Shown: positions 54,664 to 62,126 of the stretch, in pieces
How the letters are laid out: every line of letters starts with the position of its first letter
How positions within the stretch are numbered: the first letter of the stretch is position 1
NCBI GenBank assembly: GCA_023441055.1
Contig: JAEZQY010000018.1
Coordinates: forward strand, 8,164 to 72,163
Direction of reading: 5' to 3'
Length of the DNA: 64,000 bases
DNA from: Bacillota bacterium
GTDB lineage: Bacteria; Bacillota; Bacilli; Paenibacillales; UBA4045
Made by a program: the position numbers and the translations under genes
Notes under the pieces: generated by a model
Seen by the model: the letters and a program-made list of their open reading frames with translations, nothing else
What the model was told of the DNA's origin: nothing
The model's database searches: none

Positions 54664-55481
54664 ATCGTTATCTCGTTCATTTCTTTCATTATTTGGCGCT
54701 CGTCATCATTTCGGTCATTATTTTGTATCCGCTTTACTTCGCGGTATCAACAGCGTTTATGACACCGAAGGAGCTGGCAAGCTATCCGACTCCACTATTT
54801 CCGAAGAGCTTGTATGTAGGCAACTTTGTGGACACGATCAAAGCAGTTCCCATCCTGCGCTACATTCTTAACTCATTCATTGTGGCGACGCTAATCATGA
54901 TTGGACAGTTAATCTTCTGTTCCATGGCAGCTTATGCTTTTGCAATTTTACGCTTTCCCGGCAAGGCCGCACTATTCTTATTGTTCCTGTCGACCATGAT
55001 GATCCCCTGGGAAGTGACGATCATTCCGAATTATCTGCTTATTCATTCATGGAATTGGATGGATTCTTACCTGGGATTAACAGTACCTTTTATGGCTAGC
55101 GCATTCGGGGTGTTCTTACTCCGACAGTCGTTCCTTCAACTGCCTACCGAGCTATTCGATGCGGTGAAGATTGATGGCTGCGGGATTGGTCAGACGTTCA
55201 TGAAGCTTGTACTTCCATTATCAAGGCCGATCCTGGCCACACTTGGCATCTACAGCTTCCTCAATGCATGGAATATGTATCTGTGGCCGTTACTCATCAC
55301 GAATACAAATACGATGAGAACCGTTCAAATCGGGATATCCATGCTGCAATGGGAGGAGAACCAATCATGGAACTTAGTCATGACTGGAGTTACGCTTGCT
55401 CTTATTCCTTCCATTCTTCTTCTAGTGTTCGGACTTAAACAATTAGTTGCTGGAATTACGGCAGGAGCATTAAAAGGATAA
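54660..55481 (+). CDS. carbohydrate ABC transporter permease
   Basis: The EAA loop is 'DAVKIDGCGIGQTFMKLVLPLSRP'. ATGA overlap with the upstream gene. Confidence 0.9.
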   Translation: MNRYLVHFFHYLALVIISVIILYPLYFAVSTAFMTPKELASYPTPLFPKSLYVGNFVDTIKAVPILRYILNSFIVATLIMIGQLIFCSMAAYAFAILRFPGKAALFLLFLSTMMIPWEVTIIPNYLLIHSWNWMDSYLGLTVPFMASAFGVFLLRQSFLQLPTELFDAVKIDGCGIGQTFMKLVLPLSRPILATLGIYSFLNAWNMYLWPLLITNTNTMRTVQIGISMLQWEENQSWNLVMTGVTLALIPSILLLVFGLKQLVAGITAGALKG

Positions 55482-55507
55482 CCACGAATATGAGAGGGGT
55501 TTATTAA

Positions 55508-56902
55508 ATGAATATAATATCCATTCGGAAAGTTGGCATTCTGTTCTTGGCTTTAGTTATGATTTTTACGGTAGCATGCAGCAACAACTCCGGCGGCAGC
55601 TCGAACTCGAATAAACCAGCTACCAACAGCGGCAGTCAATCGGGAGGTTCATCCGGGACTTCGAGTGAGCCGATTAAAGTGACATATTGGCACTATATGG
55701 GCGGTGGACTAGGTGAAGCTATCAATACACTAGTTGAAAACTTCAATGCTTCCCGCACAGATATTCAGGTCGAGGCGATCTACCAAGGCACCTATGATGA
55801 AGCGCTGAATAAGATGAAGGCGTCCATGGATTCGAAGTCGGGTCCGACTATTATGCAGGCTAATGACGGCGGTACGCGTTATATGGTTGATTCCGGGGCC
55901 ATTACGCCGATGCAGCACTTCATTGATGCGAACAACTTTGACCTAAGCCAATTCGAAGAGAATATACTCGCATACTACACATTGGACGAGCGGTTGAATT
56001 CGATGCCGTTTAACACCTCCAACCTCATCATGTACTACAACAAGGATATGTTCGCTAATGCGGGGCTTGATCCAGAGAATCCTCCGGTGACGTTCGATGA
56101 GATGAAGGAAGCAGGCCTAGCACTGACTAAGGATGGTGTGACCGGTATTTCATTCGCGATCGAGAGCTGGAACCTGGAGCAGCTTCTTGCTAATCAGGGA
56201 GCGGAGTTCGTTAATAATGGCAACGGGCGCGATGAACCGGCAACGGCGTCAGTCGTCAATAGTGAAGCAGCGATCCAGACGGTTACATGGTGGAAGGATC
56301 TGCTCGATTCGAAGGTCGCTATTAATCTGGGCCGTAAGGCAGATGATGCGAGAAAAGCATTCTCGGCAGAGCAAGTGGCCATCATCTTCTCCACAACCGC
56401 CTCGCTGCGTGCTCTTGTAACCAGCGCAGAAGGGAAATTCGAGGTAGGCACTGCATTCTTGCCGAAGCCGGATAATGCCAAGGATGGAGGAGTTGTGGTG
56501 GGCGGAGGCAGCTTGTACATTCTGAACAATCGTCCGGAAGCCGAACAGAATGCTGCATTCGAATTTATCAAGTTTGTTCTGTCACCTGAACAGCAGGCGA
56601 TTTGGCATGTGAATACGGGCTACTTCCCAGTTACCAAATCCGCATATGACCAGCCTCTAGTTAAGGAAAATATGGAGAATTACCCGCAATTCAAGACAGC
56701 CGTCGATCAGCTGCATGCGACTACATTGAACCGAGCGACCCAAGGAGCTGTGATTGGTGTGTTCCCAGAAGCGCGACAACTGACAGAAATCGCTCTTGAA
56801 GATGCGCTCAGTGGCACTAAGCCAATAAAGGATGCATTGGATCAAGCCGCCAAAGAGATCACCGCAAAAATCGAAGTCTACAATAAAACGGTGCAAAAAT
56901 AA
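55508..56902 (+). CDS. ABC transporter substrate-binding lipoprotein (UgpB-like)
   Basis: The lipobox is 'FTVACSNNSGG', followed by an S/G-rich linker and an SBP_bac_1/8-like body. Confidence 0.9.
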   Translation: MNIISIRKVGILFLALVMIFTVACSNNSGGSSNSNKPATNSGSQSGGSSGTSSEPIKVTYWHYMGGGLGEAINTLVENFNASRTDIQVEAIYQGTYDEALNKMKASMDSKSGPTIMQANDGGTRYMVDSGAITPMQHFIDANNFDLSQFEENILAYYTLDERLNSMPFNTSNLIMYYNKDMFANAGLDPENPPVTFDEMKEAGLALTKDGVTGISFAIESWNLEQLLANQGAEFVNNGNGRDEPATASVVNSEAAIQTVTWWKDLLDSKVAINLGRKADDARKAFSAEQVAIIFSTTASLRALVTSAEGKFEVGTAFLPKPDNAKDGGVVVGGGSLYILNNRPEAEQNAAFEFIKFVLSPEQQAIWHVNTGYFPVTKSAYDQPLVKENMENYPQFKTAVDQLHATTLNRATQGAVIGVFPEARQLTEIALEDALSGTKPIKDALDQAAKEITAKIEVYNKTVQK

Positions 56903-56911
56903 CGAGGCGAC

Positions 56912-57736
56912 ATGAAATTAACATTCTTGGGAAGCGGAGCGGCAGAGGGAATTCCCTCTCCGTTCTGCAATTGTCGCACATGCGATTATGCTAGAGCGGC
57001 CAAGGGACGCAATGTGCGGAGGAGACAGGCCGTCCTGATCAATGATGATCTGATGATTGACTTCGGTCCCGACATCTATATATCCTTAGAGCAGACTGGG
57101 TTGTCTATGATTCCTGTACAATACTTGCTGGTGACTCATAGTCACTCTGATCACTTCTATGCCGGGAATTTAGATTTCCGTCCGCAGGCGTTCCGACGAT
57201 CTACAACACTCCCTGCGCTTAAGCTAATTGGCGGGCCCTCTGTTCAGACCTTGTGGACCATGCATACATCAGGGGATGGAGAGAAGCAAGACATAGTCAG
57301 ACACCCCATTCTGCCAGGAGACCGGCTAAGTCTATCTCCTTATGAGATTCAAGCAATTCAAGCGAGGCATCTTCTGGACATTGGCGATGCGATGAACTAT
57401 ATAATCGAGGATGGCGCTCACAGATTGCTGTATGCGACCGACACCGGGCTGTATGATGAATCATCATGGCAGCATATAGAGAGAGAACGGATGGACATGG
57501 TCGTCATGGAGATGACGTACGGGCTGCAGGCTGGAAGCGAGATTCATCTTGGGATCGGAGAATATATGGAGATGAGACGAAGATTAACCGAGCTTGGTTG
57601 TATCGATGACACTACGCTATGTATCGCTGCACATTTCTCGCATCAAGATACACCGCCTCATGATGAGCTGGAGCAGCAGCTTCTCGAGCACAACATCATA
57701 GCGGCCTATGATGGACTCATTGTGGAAATCGGTTAA
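56912..57736 (+). CDS. MBL-fold metallo-hydrolase (PhnP/PqqB-like phosphodiesterase candidate)
   Basis: The N-terminus is 'FLGSGAAEGIPSPFCNCRTCDYA' (Cys-rich PhnP/PqqB-type motif), and 'THSHSDHF' is the beta-lactamase-fold metal motif. Confidence 0.75.
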   Translation: MKLTFLGSGAAEGIPSPFCNCRTCDYARAAKGRNVRRRQAVLINDDLMIDFGPDIYISLEQTGLSMIPVQYLLVTHSHSDHFYAGNLDFRPQAFRRSTTLPALKLIGGPSVQTLWTMHTSGDGEKQDIVRHPILPGDRLSLSPYEIQAIQARHLLDIGDAMNYIIEDGAHRLLYATDTGLYDESSWQHIERERMDMVVMEMTYGLQAGSEIHLGIGEYMEMRRRLTELGCIDDTTLCIAAHFSHQDTPPHDELEQQLLEHNIIAAYDGLIVEIG

Positions 57737-57739
57737 GCG

Positions 57740-58954
57740 ATGGGAGAAACCTTGCAAGGCGTGAAGAGTGGATCGATTAAGCAAGTCAAGCTGCTTGCCG
57801 TCGTAACGGCAATATGTCTGATGGGCGATTCGATGTTATATATTGCGCTCCCGATATTCTGGGAAGAGGTAGGATTGACCTCCTTATGGGAGGTCGGCCT
57901 ACTTCTGTCGATTAATCGCTTGGTGAGACTGCCCTTAAGTCCGATTGTAGGCTGGTTATATGCGAGGATGAATATCCGTCTAGGACTTCTACTCTCCATT
58001 ACGTTCGCGACGATCTCGACACTATCCTACGGCTTACTTACCGGATTCGCGTGGTGGATCGCCATGCGTTGTCTATGGGGCGTCGCATGGACCTTCCTGC
58101 GCATCGGCGCTTATCTAGCGATCCTGGATTTGTCGGACGACTCGAATCGCGGGAATTATTATGGCACCTATACGGGAATTTATCGATTAGGCAGCTTGTT
58201 CGGTGTGCTCGTCGGTGGAATATTAGCTGACATCTTCGGCTTGCGGCCTGTTGCGATCGTTCTAGGTCTGCTGACGTTCATCTCGGTGCCGATCGTCATG
58301 CTTAACACACCCAAGACCGCTAGGGTGAAGCAGTCCTCCGTAGCAGAGAAGACCAATGTTCGATCAATTCTTGCCTTCGTGCAGGAGAAGCGGGACCTTC
58401 TGTACTTGATTGTTACCGGACTGCTCATCACCATGATCTGTGAAGGCATATTCACTTCTACGCTAAGCCTGCTGATCGAGACGAGTTATTCACCGCTAGT
58501 CTTGTTCGGGGTAACGATCGGTGCATCCAGCGCGGCAGGCTTCCTGCAAGCGATGCGATGGGGGTGGGGGCCGTGGCTCTCTCCTTGGCTCGGCCGTAAA
58601 TTTGATATCTCTACGAATCGGACACGCGTGCTGTGGATTACGTTGATCGTCGTAGCTTTACTATTCATCCTGGTCCCGCTGTCCTTGCCATTGTTGGCCT
58701 GGATCCTCATCATCATCGGGATTATGCTGCTGGCTACCCTGCTGGCGACCCTAATGGACACCTTAGTCACAGCGCAAGCGTCAGCAACGAACAAAGTGCT
58801 GGTCATTACGATGTATACCCTTGCACTGGATATTGGTGCAGCCATCGGCCCGATCGTCGGATTCTCACTTCGTGTCGACATCGTCTATTGGCTATGCGCA
58901 GTCTTGCTAGGCGTCAGTGCGATGTTCTGGTTGAAGCGATCATCCGTGGGATGA
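57740..58954 (+). CDS. MFS transporter (12 TM)
   Basis: 404 aa and hydrophobic throughout. It lies 3 nt downstream of the MBL gene. Confidence 0.85.
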   Translation: MGETLQGVKSGSIKQVKLLAVVTAICLMGDSMLYIALPIFWEEVGLTSLWEVGLLLSINRLVRLPLSPIVGWLYARMNIRLGLLLSITFATISTLSYGLLTGFAWWIAMRCLWGVAWTFLRIGAYLAILDLSDDSNRGNYYGTYTGIYRLGSLFGVLVGGILADIFGLRPVAIVLGLLTFISVPIVMLNTPKTARVKQSSVAEKTNVRSILAFVQEKRDLLYLIVTGLLITMICEGIFTSTLSLLIETSYSPLVLFGVTIGASSAAGFLQAMRWGWGPWLSPWLGRKFDISTNRTRVLWITLIVVALLFILVPLSLPLLAWILIIIGIMLLATLLATLMDTLVTAQASATNKVLVITMYTLALDIGAAIGPIVGFSLRVDIVYWLCAVLLGVSAMFWLKRSSVG

Positions 58955-58980
58955 ATGTCTATTCCAGCAATTCGAATCAA

Positions 58981-59178
58981 TTATCGGATTCGGAACTGGC
59001 AGGTGGATTTCAGGTACTTATCACCATTTTCTAAAGTAACGGACTCTTCTGATTGTGACGCGATCACACCCGAGTATTCTAGCATGATACCTCGTTGAAT
59101 AATCATAACTGGTTTCTTGTTATGAATAACTGCTTGGAATTGTTCGAGAGTATTCAAGGGGAATCCTGATTTAAACAT
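58981..59178 (-). CDS. hypothetical small protein
   Basis: 65-aa ORF convergent with the MFS gene. No recognisable motif. Confidence 0.35.
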   Translation of the reverse strand: MFKSGFPLNTLEQFQAVIHNKKPVMIIQRGIMLEYSGVIASQSEESVTLENGDKYLKSTCQFRIR

Positions 59179-59352
59179 ATTGACACCTCTGATTATCTGT
59201 TATAAGCATTTCACTGGAGTCATATGTGCCATTTTTGAAAGTTGGTAAGGGGAAGTTTCACTGCAGCATTATTGATAAGTATATCGCTATACTTCATGAA
59301 TACAAGTATTTGGTTCGCGCCTGACTATTCAACAGTATGTAGCATGTTCTTT

Positions 59353-59396
59353 AATCTCCACCTAGTGTTTTCGACACTAGGTGGAGATTTTCCTCT
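59353..59396 (+). terminator. strong stem-loop at the left edge of the AT-rich island
   Basis: A 16-bp perfect stem, 'aatctccacctagtgt'/'acactaggtggagatt', with a 5-nt loop, followed by 'ttcctctt'. Confidence 0.55.
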
Positions 59397-59668
59397 TAGC
59401 TCCATTTTACCGTCAATAAATCGACTTATCACTATTTAATCCACAACTCTAATTCTTTAATTTAAGTAAGTTTATGCTTATATAAGCATGATGACTTGAC
59501 TGATCTTCAGAGCATTTTTTATGACGCTATGCTGATAGCAGCGGCTAACATTCGATAACACAAGCAAATCGATATATCAATCCAACAAAAAATAACAAAG
59601 ATCATATAGTGAATAGAATATATGATATAATGTGAGACATGTTGAGTATTGTGAGGTGTGTGTGTCAA

Positions 59669-59858
59669 ATGGCGATTAAAAGTGCACTGTCAACATTATC
59701 GGACGAGAAACGCTACTTGATAAAGGATGTTCATGAGAAGCTATGATTAGCTCGTAATAATGTATCGAATCTATATAATGAAGGGCCACAGGGATAGACC
59801 TGAGACTATCGACAAATTGTGCGATTTATTCAATTGTGATGTCAACGATATTTTATAG
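59669..59858 (+). pseudogene. decayed small XRE/Cro-type HTH regulator (controller-like)
   Basis: It reads 'MAIKSALSTLSDEKRYLIKDVHEKL', then TGA, then 'LARNNVSNLYNEGPQG'. After a +1 shift it continues 'DRPETIDKLCDLFNCDVNDIL*'. That is a ~63-aa HTH protein with one in-frame stop and one frameshift. Confidence 0.6.
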
Positions 59859-59943
59859 AGAGATTAATTTAGTTAACTTTGTACTATTAACTAGGGAATT
59901 TTCTTAGATACGACTATATTTAATACGAAAGAGGTAGACAATA

Positions 59944-61056
59944 TTGAATCGCGAAATCCACAAAGATAATACTATTCCTAAAATCGTTTCTACATTTTCA
60001 GGTTGTGGTGGACTAGATCTAGGTTTTCATTTGGAAGGTTACGAGACAGTATGGGCAAACGATTTTTCTGAGTGGGCGGTGAAATCATTTCAAGAAAACT
60101 TAGGAAATGTTATTGTATACGAGGATATTACCAAAATTGATCCATATAATAATAAAAGCATTCCAGATTGTGATTTGGTCCTAGGGGGATTTCCATGTCA
60201 AGACTTTTCGGTGATATGGAAACAACCTGGTTTGAATGGAAAAAGAGGTGGTCTTTATCGGAATTTCCTTGAATTTGTGGATGCAAAAAAACCAAAGGCT
60301 TTTGTGGCGGAAAATGTTAAGGGACTTTTGACTGCTAATAAGAGAAAAGCAATCGAAACAATGATTAAAGATTTCGAAAGCATTTCACCGGGATATGTAG
60401 TAAAAGTACATTTATATAATTTTGCGGAATATGGCGTTCCTCAATTTAGAGAAAGAGTACTTATCGTTGGGGTTCGAGTAGATACTGGCTTTAATTTCAT
60501 ACATCCTAAACCTACTCATGGTCCCAATTCTAATAAATCATATGTTACTGCAGGAGAGGCACTGATAGGTGTTGAGGATGTTGAGCATAACAATGAGCAA
60601 ATAAATAGTGCAGAGAAGACACGGAAGATGCTAGAGTTGATACCAGAAGGTGGTAACTTTACAGATATCCCGAAAGACCACCCTTTATATGTTAAAGGTA
60701 TGATTAGTCATGTTTACAGAAGGATTAAGCGTGATGAGCCTGCAAAAACCATTATTGCTGCTGGAGGCGGAGGTACATGGGGATATCACTATCCAGAGCC
60801 ACGTTCACTAACCAATAGAGAACGGGCCCGACTGCAATCATTCCCTGATGATTTTAGATTTATTGGAAGTGTTGCTGAGGTCCGGAGGCAAATCGGCAAT
60901 GCAGTGCCTCCTGAAGGAGTCCGGGCACTGGCAAGGAGATTAAAACCGCTCTTTACTGGAGACTACGAGAAGGTTGATCTTTACGAATTACATCGAAACT
61001 TGTCGAAATTGACTGTTAAAGAAAGACTTGAACTTGCTACGAGCGAAATGATATAA
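59944..61056 (+). CDS. DNA (cytosine-5)-methyltransferase
   Basis: Motif I is 'FSGCGGLDLG', IV is 'GGFPCQDFS', VI is 'ENVKGL', VIII is 'QFRERVLIVG', IX is 'RERARLQSFPDDF' and X is 'GNAVPP'. The start is TTG. Confidence 0.95.
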   Translation: MNREIHKDNTIPKIVSTFSGCGGLDLGFHLEGYETVWANDFSEWAVKSFQENLGNVIVYEDITKIDPYNNKSIPDCDLVLGGFPCQDFSVIWKQPGLNGKRGGLYRNFLEFVDAKKPKAFVAENVKGLLTANKRKAIETMIKDFESISPGYVVKVHLYNFAEYGVPQFRERVLIVGVRVDTGFNFIHPKPTHGPNSNKSYVTAGEALIGVEDVEHNNEQINSAEKTRKMLELIPEGGNFTDIPKDHPLYVKGMISHVYRRIKRDEPAKTIIAAGGGGTWGYHYPEPRSLTNRERARLQSFPDDFRFIGSVAEVRRQIGNAVPPEGVRALARRLKPLFTGDYEKVDLYELHRNLSKLTVKERLELATSEMI

Positions 61057-61067
61057 GGAGCTGAACT

Positions 61068-62126
61068 ATGGAGTATTTGTATTCCAATCTGCCGCCACTT
61101 CGAACAAGGGCAAACACGTTTACTGATGCATTTTATTCTTTGCTTCCTAGAACTAAGAGTCTGGATATAGCAGTAGGATATGTCACAGCCGATTCATTAG
61201 TTGAACTAAAAAAGACAATCGAACTAAATAATGTTGAACACATGAATTTAACAATAGGGATGCACTACTTTGAGAAGTTTACAGAAGTAGAGTACAGATC
61301 TGCAATGGATTTAAATAATTTTCTTACCTCAAATAATATTGGCAGTGTTAGATTAGTTACTCCCTTCAAATTTCACGGCAAGCTTTATTCGTATCAAGAC
61401 AATGAGGGGCCGTTTGCGGGTATAATTGGATCAAATAATTTAAGCAGTATTATTGAAAGTAATAGAAGAGTTTATGAAGCTTCATTCTTGGTTGATGATC
61501 GACTTTATGCGACCCAAATGTATGATTTTATTCAAGAATTGAACCAATCGTCTACTGATATTATTGACAATCTAAGTATTAGCGATTTTAAAGAGCAAAA
61601 TCCATTGCTTGAGAATCATGAGCACGTTGAAAAGGTTGGACCTCATGAACTTATCCAACTGCAATCCGGTCTAACGGATATTTCGTTTCATATCCCTATT
61701 AAAGGAGCTGAGATCTCGCCACAAAGTAATTTGAATGTTTTTTTTGGGAAGGGGCGAGAAGGGAAAAATGGTCTTGTAAAGCCACGTCATTGGTATGAAG
61801 CGGAACTCATAGTTCCCAAAATAGTTACAGAACAACCTTTTTATCCTCAAAGTAAAACAGACGAAGCGGTTTTTGGTGTAGTAACTGATGACGGGTGGAA
61901 GTTTAAATGTAAAGTTAGCGGAGACTATAGTAAGAATTTTCGATCGGAAAATGATCTTAAAATTCTTGGGAAGTGGTTAAAGGGCCGTCTTGAAAATAAA
62001 GGTGTATTGCGAGTGGGTGAGCCTGTAACAGAGGATACATTAAGGATGTATGGAAGAGATACATTTACCTTAACTAAAACCAACTATCCTAATTTGTGGT
62101 ATCTTGACTTTGGGGTGAATTCATGA
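61068..62126 (+). CDS. PLD-family restriction nuclease with B3-like DNA-binding C-domain (NgoFVII / R.CglI / R.NgoAVII-like R-protein)
   Basis: There is a single HKD-type motif, 'FHGKLYSY....GIIGSNNLS', in the N-terminal half. The C-terminal half, 'HWYEAELIVP...DDGWKFKCKVSG', is consistent with a B3/EcoRII-N-like fold. Its position between the M and Z1 genes also fits. Confidence 0.75.
   Translation: MEYLYSNLPPLRTRANTFTDAFYSLLPRTKSLDIAVGYVTADSLVELKKTIELNNVEHMNLTIGMHYFEKFTEVEYRSAMDLNNFLTSNNIGSVRLVTPFKFHGKLYSYQDNEGPFAGIIGSNNLSSIIESNRRVYEASFLVDDRLYATQMYDFIQELNQSSTDIIDNLSISDFKEQNPLLENHEHVEKVGPHELIQLQSGLTDISFHIPIKGAEISPQSNLNVFFGKGREGKNGLVKPRHWYEAELIVPKIVTEQPFYPQSKTDEAVFGVVTDDGWKFKCKVSGDYSKNFRSENDLKILGKWLKGRLENKGVLRVGEPVTEDTLRMYGRDTFTLTKTNYPNLWYLDFGVNS

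Noticed and set aside
59242-59439. 65-aa ORF at the island boundary.
   Set aside because: It reads straight through the 16-bp terminator hairpin. It has a hydrophobic, low-complexity translation and no RBS, so it is most likely non-coding.
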